From Octopus sinensis (lineage: Eukaryota), in the NCBI RefSeq assembly GCF_006345805.1, contig NC_043004.1:55614001-55678000 (forward strand): a DNA stretch of 64,000 nucleotides, given 5' to 3'. Below, one piece after another: positions 28,144-40,215 of the stretch (positions within the stretch are counted from its first letter, which is position 1; each line of letters starts with the position of its first letter). The notes below the pieces were generated by a model. That model had not been told where the DNA came from, ran no database searches, and worked only from the letters and a program-made list of their open reading frames with translations. The translations under genes and the position numbers were made by a program.

Positions 28144-31066
28144 GAGTTTCTTTATTAGCCACACAGGGCTGCACACAGATGGGACAAATTACAAAGTAGA
28201 GCTTTTCTTTTTGGGGATGAAAAAAAAAAGTGGCGTAGGTTTTCGATCAAAAGGGATCGTAAAAGGGAAAAAAGAAAAAAAGGAAAAGAAACAAAAGAAA
28301 AGAAAAAAGAAGAAAAAAAAGGAAAAAAGGGGAAGAGGGAAAAAAACGATCAATAGGGATCGTGTATCACAGTGTCATGATGTATGGTGTAAAGGGGAAA
28401 GCAGATGAGGTTTATCCGTGGGAAGGAAAGCCTACGAAAAAGACCACGGTAACCTCGGTCAATATTGTTATATGTTACCACATTTGTTTGCAAGTGGGTA
28501 ACCCTCTGTTTTCAATTTCTGGGTTCATAGGATTATGCTCAAGGTGGCTTCGTCATTCATACGTGCTACATTCACCCATCTTTTTTTAAAACATTCGCTA
28601 GACAAAACTTGCCTCTCTACTCTCACTTTCCTTTTCAAGTGATACTTGAAGAAGTTGATGAGAGATTGACCAGAGAGGAAAGTGTTTGTCTCCAATCCTT
28701 TCAGACGCGTCCACCAGATACATTCTTTCGCCATAGCCACGAGGATGATGAAAATAGCTCTTCCTTCCCGTTTGAAGGAAGGAGGCGTGACAATATTGAC
28801 GATAGACTCAGCTGATAAACCGACTCGTCCCACACGTGACAGCAGTTGTTCGACATAAGCCCGCAGGTCGGAAATTGTTGGACACTGCACGAGTGCGTGC
28901 AGAACGGTTTCGTCGCTCTGACCGCATCTCGGGCAGGACGGCCCCGTGTTTCTCGAGCCGTGTCTGTAGAGCTTATCCCGAACGGGTAGCGCTTCTCGGT
29001 AGCACTGCCAGGCCAAGGATCTCTGGAGGTTGTCCATAGGCCCTGGCCCGAAAGTCATCCCGAACAGGCGGGTCAGGTATTCCTCGGAGACGTCCAGGTT
29101 CGCCCCGAGCTCGTCGTCGTACCTTCCCTCCACTGATCCTACTGATGCTTGGGTTGTGTTGGAGTCACTCAAGGTCGAGCCGGGACGGCAGAGTTGCTTG
29201 AGAGCAACGCGACACTTGCGGTGCCATTCGCCCTTCCTCTGCCTCTTTTTGATCCACGACTGCAGTTCGGTCATGGAGACGAGTTGCGGGAAAGCGTGCC
29301 TCACAAACGGCGACCACACCTGTTCACCGTCGTCTATGTAGAGCCTGAGGTGTCGCAGTCTTAGCGCGTGTCTGCGCATCATCAACCACGGCATGCCCAG
29401 TCCTCCTTTTAACGGGTGTTGACAGCAAATGGATCGCCTGACCATCGGGACGCATCCTTTTCACAAGAAGCGAAAGAGAATGCGTTCTAGTTTGGTGATG
29501 GTAGGGTCGGGACAAGGCACGACGGTCAGGCGGTAGTAGATGACAGACGCGATGTACGAGTTCGCCACCTCCGACCGACCTTTTAGGGACAGTTTCCTCT
29601 CGGCCCATTGCTGGGTGAGAGTGACCACCCTACTTGTTATTTCGTTCCAGTTCTTCTCCATTTGGAGGTCCGGACCAAACCAGACCCCGAGCAACTCGAC
29701 CGGACCGTCGGTCCAGCGTCCCACGACGGAGGCGCTGGTGGACGGCATGGGCTTGCTTCTCCAGGTGCCGAATCGCAAGCCCACTGATTTTTCCCGGTTG
29801 ATTTTCGCTCCTGTCACCGCTTCGTAGTTTTTCAGTGTCTCGCCGACCTGCTCGATGTGCTCGTGGCTAGACACTATGACGGTGACGTCATCCGCGTATG
29901 CAGACACGCTCCTCCCGCATCCCAGTTCTCGCGGGATGCCCCTCAGAGTTGCCAGCTTCCACAATAATGGCTCGAGAGTCAATACGTATAGAAGCGACGA
30001 GAGGGGGCATCCCTGACGGACCGAACGTGCGATGTCGAAAGGTCTCGATAGATGTCCATTTACGCCAATTACCGAACGGATGCCTCTGTACAAGGCGGCT
30101 ATCCAGCCGCGGAAGACGGGACCGAAACCAGCTGCACTGAGGACAGCCTCCAAGTATCGATGGTCTACCCTATCGAAAGCTTTCGATTGATCCAAATTAA
30201 TCAGCGCATCACCATGCCAGGTTCCTTAACTACCCTGTCTATGATGTAGAGCATCAGGTGGAGGTTGTCATGGATGCTTCGGCCCGGCACGGTGCACGTC
30301 TGCGCCTTGTCGACCAGTTTCTCGATGACAAGCGCCAACCTCTTGGCTAACACCTTGGCCAAAATTTTCAAGTCTGCGTTAAGCAGAGTGATGGGCCTAA
30401 AGTTATCTATTACATTCCCCTTGTTTAGATCTTTCTTCAGCAGTGTTACGGCTCCTCGGCTCACAAAACCAGGAATGCTCCCGTTTTGCTGCCAGTTGCA
30501 GTACACCGCTGCCAAGACGTCTCCAAACAAGTCTGGCATACAACTGTAAAGCTCGTAGGGTAGACCATCCAGACCCGGCGATTTGTTCCTCGAGCATTCT
30601 GCCATCGCGTCCTGCACTTCCGCCGCCGTGATGGCACCTTCGCAGCGCCCTGCCTCTCTTGTCGAGAGTCGTGGTAGGCTGTGTAGGTAGGCACTGAAGT
30701 CCACTCTTCGTTCTTGCCCGCCACTCGTCCCGAACAGTCGGGCAAAATGCTGTTGAAAGGCCTCACAAATTTTACTTGGCTCGAGCAATTCGCGCCCCTG
30801 TTCATCTACCAGAGACCGAATGGTGGCTTTGTTGCCCTGTTGCGCTTCTGCCACGCGGGCCTCTCTCACGGCTCCAACACCTTCGTTCCTTAGAGCATGC
30901 ATCCTAGCTCTGACAACACACCCTTCGTGTTTGGCGTTGAAGTGTTGGTCGAGGGCTAACCTCGCCGCCAAAACGTCGGATGCGATGCCGCTTCTAATTG
31001 CCTCTTCTAGCTTCTTAACTAGCTCACTCTCTACTCTATTTCTATCTATGGCTAGTGCTTTGCTGT
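28144..31066 (-). mobile_element. 5'-truncated Tx1 LINE (copy 3, diverged subfamily) with TSD
   Basis: RT with YADD, CCHC and a distinct 3' UTR. Flanked by direct repeat gtcaactagatagat at 28129-28143 and 31065-31079. Confidence 0.92.
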
Positions 31067-31070
31067 CAAC

Positions 31071-31115
<45 letters not shown>

Positions 31116-31151
31116 GATAGATAGATAGATAGATAGATAGAAAGATTGATT

Positions 31152-31193
<42 letters not shown>

Positions 31194-31225
31194 AGTTAGA
31201 TAGATAGATAGGTAGATAGGTAGAT

Positions 31226-31297
31226 ATGTTTCTTTATTAGCCACACAGGGCTGCACACAGATAGAACAAATTACAAGGTAGAGCTTTTCTTTTGAAG

Positions 31298-31333
<36 letters not shown>

Positions 31334-31396
31334 GAAAGGGGAGTTTCGATCAAAAGGGATCGTAAAAGGAGAGAAAGAGGACAAAAAAAAGGGGGG

Positions 31397-31429
<33 letters not shown>

Positions 31430-31767
31430 GGGGAGAGGAAAAAAAAATTGATCAATAGGGATCGTTATCACAGAAATGTCAATATGAAGTGTAAAGGGGA
31501 GGACAGGTGAGGTTTACCCGTGGAAAGAAAAGCCTACGGAAAAGACCACGGTAACCTCGGTCAATGAAGTCACATTTTATATTTCTTTTTTTTTTTTTTT
31601 TTTTTTGCAAATAAGCAACTCTCTGTTTTCGATTTCTGGGTTCATAGGACTATGCTCAAGGTGGCTTCGTCATTCATACGTGCCATTCTTGCTACATTCA
31701 CCGATCTTTTTTTAAAACATTCGCTAGACAAAACTTGCCTCTCTACTCTCACTTTCCTTTTCAAGTG
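31226..31767 (-). mobile_element. Tx1 3' fragment (copy 4) in (GATA)n
   Basis: End of ORF2 (..ARMARMNDEATLSIVL) plus 3' UTR, with GATA arrays on both sides. Confidence 0.9.
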
Positions 31768-32168
31768 GTAGATAGATAGATAGATTGATAGATAGATAGA
31801 TATGTTTCTTTATTAGTCACCCAGGGCTGCACACAGATAGAACAAATTAAAAGGTAGAGCTTTTCTTTTGGGGGTAAAAAAAAAAAAGGAGAGTGGTGGT
31901 TTTCGATCAAAAGGGATCGTAAAAGGAAAGAAAAAGGACAAAAAAAGGGGAGGGGTTAAAAAAAGGGGGGGAGAGAAAAAAAATGAATAATAGGGATCGT
32001 TATCACAGAATTGTCAATATGAAGTGTAAAGGGGAGGACAGGTGAGGTTTACCCGTGGAAAGAAAAGCCTACGGAAAAGACCACGGTAACCTCGGTCAAT
32101 GAAGTCACATGTTATATTTCTTTTTTTTTTTTCGCAAATAAGCAACTCTCTGTATTAATTTTTATGGT

Positions 32169-35100
32169 TCATAGAATCATAGTCAAGGTGGCTTCGTCAT
32201 TCATACGTGCCATCCTTGCAACATTCACCCATCTTTTTTTAAAACATTCACTAGACAAAACTTGCCTCTCTACTCTCACTTTCCTCTTCAAGTGATACTT
32301 GAAGAAGTTGATGAGAGATTGACCAGAGAGGAAAGTGTTTGTCTCTAATCCTTTCAGGCGCGTCCACCAGATACATTCTTTCGCCATAGCCACAAGTATG
32401 ATAAAAATAGCTCTTCCTTCCCGTTTGAAAGAAGGAGGCGTGACGATATTAACGATAGACTCGGCTGATAAACCGACACGTCCCACACGTGACAGCAGTC
32501 GTTCGACATAAGCCCACAGGTCGGAAATTGCTGGACACTGCACGCGATTGCGTGCAGAGCGGTTTCGTCGCTCTGCCCGCATCTCGGGCAGGTCGGCCCC
32601 GTGTTTCTCGAGCCATGCCTATAGAGCTTATCCCGAACGGGTAGCGCTTCTCGGTAGCACCGCCAGGCCAGGGATCTCTGGAAGTTGTCCATAGGTCCCG
32701 GGCCGAAAGTCGTTTGAAACAGGCGGGTCAGGTATTCCTCGTCGACGCCCAGGTTTGCCCCGAGCTCGTCGTCGTACCTCCCCTCCACTAATCCCTATAG
32801 AATGCTTTGGTTGTGTTGAAGTCACTCAAGGTCGACCCGGGACGGCAGAGTTGCTTGAGAGCAACGCGACACTCGCGGTGCCATTCGCCCTTCCTCGGCC
32901 TCTTTTGATCCACGACTGTAGTTCGGTCATGAGACGAGTTGCGGGAATGCGTCCTCACAAACGGCGACCATACCTGTTCACCGTCGTCTACATAGAGCCG
33001 GAGATGTCGCAGTCTCAGCGCGTGTCTGCGCATCATCAACCACGGCATGCCAGCCCTCCTTTTAAAACGTTGTTGACAGCAAATGGATCGCCTGACCATC
33101 GGGACGCATCCTTTCCACAAGAAGCGGAAGAGAATGCGTTCTAGTTTGGTGATGGTAGGGTCGGGACAAGGTACGACGGTCAGGCGGTAGTAGAGATGAT
33201 GGACGCGATGTACGCGTTCACCACCTCCGCCCGACCTTTTAGGGACAGTTTCCTCTCGGCCCATTGCTGGGCGAGAGTGACCACCCTACTCGTTATCTCG
33301 TTCCAGTTCTTCTCCATTTGGAGGTCCGGACCGAACCAGACCCCGAGCAACTCAACCGGGCCGTCTGTCCAGCGTCCCACGACGGAGGTACTGGTGGACG
33401 GCATGGGCTTGCTTCTCCAGGTGCCGAATCGCAAGCCCACTCACTTTTCCCGGTTGATTTTTGCTCCTGTCACCGCTTCGTAGTCTTTCAGTGTCTCGCC
33501 GACCCGCTTGATGTGCTCGTGGCTTGACACTATGACGGTGACGTCGTCCGTGTATGCAGACACGCTCGTCCCGCATCCCAATTCTCGCGGGATGCCCCTT
33601 AGAGTCGCCAGCTTCCGCAGTAGTGGCTCAAGAGTCAATACGTATAGAAGCGCCGAGAGGGGGCATCCCTGACGGACCGAACGTGCAATGTCGAAAGGTC
33701 TCGATAGATGTCCATTTACGCGAATTACCGAACGGATGCCTCTGTACAAGGCAGCTATCCAGCCGCGGAAGACGGGACCGAAACCAGCCGCTCTCAGGAC
33801 TGCCTCCAAGTATCGATGGTCTACCTATCGAAAGCTTTCGATTGATCCAAGTTGATCAGGCCCCACCCATGCCAGGTTCGTTAACTACCCTGTCTATGAT
33901 GTAGCGCATCAGATGGAGGTTGTCATGGATGCTCCGGCCCGGCACGACGCACGTTTGTGCGTTGTCGACCAGTTTCTCGATGACAAGCGCCAACCTCTTG
34001 GCTAACACCTTTGTCAAAATTTTCAGGTCTGCATTGAGCAGCGTGATTGGTCTAAAGTTATCTATAATGTTTCCTTTGTTTGGATCTTTCTTCAGCAGAG
34101 TTACAGCTCCCTCCTCACAAAACCGGGTATGCTCCCGTTTTGCTGCCAGTTGCAGTATACCGCTGCCAAGACGTCTCCAAACAAGTCTGGCATACAATTG
34201 TAAAACTCGTAGGGTAGACCATCCAAAACCGGTGATTTGTCCTTCGAGCATTCTGCTATCGCTTCCTGCACTTCCGCCGCCGTGATGGCACCTTCGCAGC
34301 ACCCTGCCTTTCTTGTCGAGAGTCGTGGCAGGCTATGTAGGTAGGCACTGAAGTCCACCCTACGTTCTTGCCCTCCACTCGTCCCGAACAGTCGGGCAAA
34401 ATGCTGCTGAAAGGCCTCACATATTTTACTTGTCTCGAGCAATTCGCGCCCCTGTTCATCTACCAGTGACCGAATGGTGGCTTTGTTGCCCTGTTGCGCC
34501 TCTGCCACCCGGGCCTCTCTCGCGGCTCCAACACCTTCGTTCCTTAGAGCACGCATCCTAGCTCTGACAGCACATCCTTCGTGTTTGGCGTTGAAGTGTT
34601 GGTCGAGGGCTAACCACGCCGCCAAAACGTCGGATGCGATGCCGCTTCTAATTGCCTCTTCTAGCTTCTTAACTAGCTCACCCTCTACTCTATTTCTATC
34701 TATGGCTAGTGCTTTGCTGTACCTAATCGCTTCTGCTTTTACTGCTCTCTTGAGGGCAAACCACCATTTGTTGTTGATGATGGCTCCCGTCAAAGCCCTC
34801 TTTACTAGTGTGCTAATCCGGTCTCTGAAAACTTGTCTGGACGGGAATGAGGCATTCAGTTTCCAGTACCAGGACCCTGTCTATGTGCCTTATCTAAGTC
34901 TAGCGTACACGTCACCAATTTGTGATCCGTGTAGCTGACTGTGTGGAATTGTGGACATCCTAAGTTATCCTTGTCTACTGTCCTACACAGTATCCTATCT
35001 AGATACGATCTCGACGACCCACTGCGGTTGCTCCATGTCCACGTTGGTGCATTTGGGTGGTCGAGTCGGTACCTGTCAGACAGTTGGAATCGTCTGAGCA

Positions 35101-35590
35101 GGTCTCTGAGGCATTTGCATCCCCTTCTGTTTCTGTCTCTACCCACGTAGTCTACATGCGTGTCCAAGGTAGCATTCCAATCCCCCACTAAGAGTAAAGG
35201 ACGAGACGTTCCCAAGAATACTTCTAGACGTCGAAAGAAATCCGCCCGACCTGCGTAGACTGATACGAGTCGAAAAGCGCACCCATTGCCACCGTCAACA
35301 TCCAGAAGGATCAGTCTACCCTCCGGGTCTACGAATATCGTCTTGACTTCGAGATCCAGGCTCTTGTGAAAAAGTACCGCGGTGCCACTACCGCCCATCC
35401 TCGGCAGACAGGGAGCGAAATAAATGTTAAACTGTCCGCCAAACATGGACTTTAGGGCCCGTGGCTCGTGGAGTCTGGTCTCACTTATGGCTATGATTCC
35501 CAGATCATGTGACTTGATGTCATCTAGGAGGTATCCTTGTTTCCAAGGAGACCCCAAGCCACGCGCATTCACACAACCAATCTTGACCAT
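32169..35590 (-). pseudogene. Tx1 ORF2 (AP endonuclease + reverse transcriptase + C-terminal CCHC), disrupted
   Basis: EN motifs MVKIGCVNARGL, AISET, VGDWNA, YLDRIL, TDHK. RT motifs KSPxLDGLPYEFY, FRPITLLN, RQGCPLS, YTDD. C-terminal CPRCGQSDETALH. Several 1-2 bp indels and an in-frame TGA at 33441-33443. Confidence 0.9.
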
Positions 35591-35854
35591 GATTCTATTG
35601 GGGTGTGTGCTTTAAAACACACAAATGAAAGTACAGAGAGTTACTTACTTGTGTCGAAAGTTTTGGCTTCCTCGTTCTTTGATGTGTCTTCGAGGAGGTT
35701 TTTATATAGTTTTTGGGACAGATATTTCTGGAAACCCCCTACAGCATTTGGGAAGAGGGCTTTGAGTTTGTGGTGTTGTGTTTGTGTGATGTGTAGTATT
35801 TTGATGTGTTTGGGTGGTGTAGTGCGTGGATGATTGCTATTTTTAAAGTCATCT

Positions 35855-37723
35855 TCACAAATGTTTGTGTATCCTGTGATGTACTCCATTTGTTTGGAGT
35901 CTTTTGTGTCTATCGCTGATAAGCATTGTTTTTGTGGTGTTGGTGCTTGTTTTGTTGTGTATGGAGTTTTCAGGGTTCAGGTATCTCCCTGCTTTGGTTG
36001 CGATTTCTTGTTTGGTTTTTCTTGATCTTTTTCTTTTACCCCCTGTGGCTATTTGCCATTCTGTCGAACTTTCATCGTTAGATGAAAAGTCTGACGAATC
36101 AGCAGGGGGCAAGGGTAAAGCGTCTGGGTGTGTTTGTGCGGTTGTAGATATTGTTGTGGTGCGCGGGGAGGGTGTTGCTGGGGGGTTTGTTGTGGTTATT
36201 GTCTCTCCTACATCCTTGGTGCTTGTCTTCGTTGTTATTCTTGGTGTTGGAATTGGTTTATTTGTTGTTGGTGGTGATGATTCTGTTCTTGGCGCTGGTG
36301 TTGGTGTTGTTTGGTTGGGTTGGCTTGTTCTTTGTTGTTTTTCCTGCATTTCCGCATACAGCTTCTTGACTAGCTGTCCATATTGTGGTGTGGGCAATAA
36401 TGCTGGCTTTTGTGATTTTTCCTGTGGCTGTTGTTGTTGTTGTAATTTTGCGGCAGATTTGCACTCCTTTTTGAGGTGTGCCTCACTGCCACATGTATAG
36501 CATCGTGGCCTTCTGCCCTCGACTACTACGTATAACTTGCGGCCATCCTCAAGATGTACGTGGGTGGGGATTTTATTTATGTCCTCTTGACTTATGTGGA
36601 AGAGGAACTCTATTCTCTTTCCCAGCCAGTCCTTGTTTTCCGAAACACCGATATCTAGGATGTTTAAGTCCTCCATTTCGGATGTTAAGGCGGATGTTAT
36701 CCACAGTGTTGTAGTCACTTGGGGGACACCACTGATAATGACTTTCGTCACCTTCTGGCCGAGGTAACTCGGTGTCAACGTTAGTTCATCAGAATGAAGG
36801 GTTATCGTTGAGAATTTCTTCGCCAACTCTTCATTCTGAAAAACCACCCGTACGTGTGCGAACTTGTTCGCCCAAGTCACACAATCCTTGTATCCCCAGA
36901 TACACTTTTCGACTTTGTCTGTGCTTGCCTTTTCTGGACTTTTAGTTTTTTTATTTGTGATTTTATATACAATTGTCTTTTTTTTCTCCTCATTCAGTAT
37001 GTGTTGAGGTATGTGTAAGAGTATTTTTCCGTTTTCATTTGTAATAAGGTTTCTGCAATCTTTAATCTGTTGTGTAGTAAACGAAACTTTTGTTACCTTT
37101 TCTTTTATCGCCTCGGCGAAGTTTGTTGTTGTTTTGTTATTGTTGTTACTGCCGGTGGTGTTGGTGTTGATGGCAGGGGTGTGGGTTGTAGGTTTGTGGT
37201 TGCTGATTATGCAACTAGCAAGGGGTGGAAAATTGCCTGCGTAATTTAGTCCTGCATTAGCGCAAATTTCGGCATTTCGTTTGCTTGTCGTCGTTATTTT
37301 TTCACTTGTTGGTGATGGAGTGAGCAGTGGTTGAAGAGAATTGTTGTTGTCGTCGTCGTTGTTGTTGTTGTTGTTGTTGTTGTCATTGTCGTTCTTGGTG
37401 ACGGCGGTGGTGTTAGTGGTATTAGTAGCATTGACGGCACGGTCTTTGGTGGCGGTGATGGTGATGTTGGTATTGTTATTGGTGGCGATGTCTTTAGTAG
37501 GGATAGCAGTTTTAGTAGCAGATTCTGCCATGGTGTTGTTGGTGGTGGACTCACTGATGGTGTTGACGGTGCTTGGCCTCGCGACCTTTGTTTTGTATTT
37601 GTTGCTGTTGATGGTGGTGGAGGTGGTGTTGTCAGGTTCAGCGTATGCTAACAGAGCATCCTGTTTTTCTGTCTCTGCGTCACGCTTGACTTGCACCTCA
37701 GCCTCGTGGTGACCAGTGGCCAT
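35855..37723 (-). CDS. Tx1 ORF1 gag-like nucleic-acid-binding protein (about 622 aa from the first ATG)
   Basis: Long open frame with a Thr/Asn-rich N-terminus, a central globular region, zinc knuckle CYTCGSEAHLKKEC (CX2CX4HX4C) and a Pro/Thr-rich tail. It lies upstream of ORF2. Confidence 0.85.
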   Translation of the reverse strand: MATGHHEAEVQVKRDAETEKQDALLAYAEPDNTTSTTINSNKYKTKVARPSTVNTISESTTNNTMAESATKTAIPTKDIATNNNTNITITATKDRAVNATNTTNTTAVTKNDNDNNNNNNNNDDDNNNSLQPLLTPSPTSEKITTTSKRNAEICANAGLNYAGNFPPLASCIISNHKPTTHTPAINTNTTGSNNNNKTTTNFAEAIKEKVTKVSFTTQQIKDCRNLITNENGKILLHIPQHILNEEKKKTIVYKITNKKTKSPEKASTDKVEKCIWGYKDCVTWANKFAHVRVVFQNEELAKKFSTITLHSDELTLTPSYLGQKVTKVIISGVPQVTTTLWITSALTSEMEDLNILDIGVSENKDWLGKRIEFLFHISQEDINKIPTHVHLEDGRKLYVVVEGRRPRCYTCGSEAHLKKECKSAAKLQQQQQPQEKSQKPALLPTPQYGQLVKKLYAEMQEKQQRTSQPNQTTPTPAPRTESSPPTTNKPIPTPRITTKTSTKDVGETITTTNPPATPSPRTTTISTTAQTHPDALPLPPADSSDFSSNDESSTEWQIATGGKRKRSRKTKQEIATKAGRYLNPENSIHNKTSTNTTKTMLISDRHKRLQTNGVHHRIHKHL

Positions 37724-37948
37724 TTTGGAAATAAAATGGCTAAATGAAACCACGAAGGCTATGAGAATTTTTTCTTTTAAATTTTGCCCACAAGGGGCAA
37801 AATTTTGTGTAGATATTTATCAAAGGTTTGCAGTGGATGTTGTTGCACAACTTTTAAACACAAAATATTTGTCAATATACACTTTTGAACGTACAAAAAT
37901 ACCAACTTACGTGGAGCCCATTTGACTTGCGTCTGTCTGTCCAGAGAT

Positions 37949-38021
<73 letters not shown>

Positions 38022-38039
38022 AAGATTGATAGAAAGATT

Positions 38040-38096
<57 letters not shown>

Positions 38097-38125
38097 AAGA
38101 TTGATTGATAGATAGATAGATAGAT

Positions 38126-38334
38126 AAGTTTCTTTATTGGCCACACAGGGCTGCACACAGATGGGACAAGTTACAAGGTAGAGCTTTTCTTTTGGGGGAT
38201 GAAGAGAACAAAAAACAAAAGAAAAAAAAGGGGTGGCGTAGGTTTTCGATCAAGAGGGATCGTAAAAGGGAAGAAAAGAACAAAAAAAAATTGAATAAAA
38301 TAAAAGGAATAAAAAAAAGAAGAAAAAAGGAAAG
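38126..38334 (-). mobile_element. Tx1 3'-terminal fragment (copy 6) in (GATA)n
   Basis: About 209 bp of terminal 3' UTR ending AATAAAGAAACTT|ATCT. Confidence 0.88.
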
Positions 38335-38343
38335 GATAGATAG

Positions 38344-38374
<31 letters not shown>

Positions 38375-38548
38375 GATAGATAGATAGAGATAGATAGATA
38401 GATAAATAGATAGATAGATAGATAGATAGATAGGTAGATAGATAGATAGATAGAGATAGATAGATAGATTGATAGATAGAAGATTGATTGATAGATAGAT
38501 AGATAGATAGATAGAAAGATTGATAGAAAGATTGATAGATAGATAGAT

Positions 38549-38654
<106 letters not shown>

Positions 38655-38694
38655 AGATAGAAGATTGATAGAAAGATTGATAGATAGATAGATA

Positions 38695-38735
<41 letters not shown>

Positions 38736-38764
38736 AAGATTGATTGATAGATAGATAGATAGAT

Positions 38765-38973
38765 AAGTTTCTTTATTGGCCACACAGGGCTGCACACAGA
38801 TGGGACAAGTTACAAGGTAGAGCTTTTCTTTTGGGGGATGAAGAGAACAAAAAACAAAAGAAAAAAAAGGGGTGGCGTAGGTTTTCGATCAAGAGGGATC
38901 GTAAAAGGGAAGAAAAGAACAAAAAAAAATTGAATAAAATAAAAGGAATAAAAAAAAGAAGAAAAAAGGAAAG
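38765..38973 (-). mobile_element. Tx1 3'-terminal fragment (copy 7), duplicate of copy 6
   Basis: Appears identical to 38126-38334 with the same truncation point, offset by 639 bp. Confidence 0.88.
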
Positions 38974-38982
38974 GATAGATAG

Positions 38983-39074
<92 letters not shown>

Positions 39075-39175
39075 GTAGATAGATAGGTAGATAGGTAGAT
39101 AGATAGATAGATTGATAGATAGAAAGATTGATTGATATAGATAGATAGATAGATAGAAAGATTGATAGAAAGATT

Positions 39176-39255
<80 letters not shown>

Positions 39256-39791
39256 TTGCCTCTACCAACAACCACATGCAAGCCCGGGTGCTATAGTACA
39301 ATTAATAATTGTCAGGGAGGAGCATCCAGGACCATTTGTCTTTGTACAAGTGAATTGTTATAGGTGGCTAATGATTGATTGCTCACTTCAACATGACATC
39401 TAAACTTTCATCAGCTGACATTAGTTGCTGTCTTTTGAAGTTTTAGATCAATATTTGCAACATCTTTCCTCTAAATTGAGTTATTCTGATTAATGTGGCA
39501 GATGTTGGTTTTATTTCCATTAAGATGTGGAGTAAGTAGAAATAACTGACACATCACACTAAATTATTTTTACTTCAAAGAATAGAAAACTGGTTTACTA
39601 ATTTCTAGAACCAGACTACTCCACCCTTTTTTTTCTCTCGTGGTAAACACTATTGTCGTCAGCATTTTCGCCGTAATAATTTATCCTGTTGGTGCAAATA
39701 TTCTTACATCTCTGCTATAGTGTTTAGTATACAACAAAGGCACTTTATTCGAACAGTATAGTTCGTAGTGTCTGGTTGTTAGAAATAAAGC

Positions 39792-40215
39792 ACTCTTTTA
39801 CTCTTTTACTCTTTTACTTGTTTCAGTCATTTGACTGCGGCCATGCTGGAGCACCGCCTTTAATCGAGCAACTCGACCCCGGGACTTATTCTTCGTAAGC
39901 CCAGTACTTATTCTATCGGTCTCTTTTGCCGAACCGCTAAGTGACGGGGACATAAACACACCAGCATCGGTTGTCAAGCAATGCTAGGGGGACAAACACA
40001 GACACACAAACATACACGCACACACATATATATATATATATATAAATATATACGACGGGCTTCTTTCAGTTTCCGTCTACCAAATCCACTCACAAGGCAT
40101 TGGTCGGCCCGAGGCTATAGTAGAAGACACTTGCCCAAGGTGCCACTCAGTGGGACTGAACCGGGAACCATGTGGTTGGTAAGCAAGCTACTTACCACAC
40201 AGCCACTCCTGCGCC
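39792..40215 (-). mobile_element. SINE family A, full length
   Basis: Reverse complement of the family A consensus. Confidence 0.88.

Larger units (their letters stand above)
31802..37942 (-). mobile_element. Full-length Tx1-clade non-LTR retrotransposon (copy 5) inserted in (GATA)n
   Basis: About 220-nt 5' UTR, ORF1 with a CCHC knuckle, ORF2 with APE-RT-CCHC, and a 3' UTR ending AATAAAGAAACAT directly on (ATCT)n. Both junctions lie in the microsatellite. Confidence 0.9.

Noticed and set aside
35904-37712. Plus-strand ORFs overlapping Tx1 ORF1, and similar antisense ORFs over the ORF2 copies
   Set aside because: Antisense shadows of a strand-biased coding sequence with no recognisable motifs.
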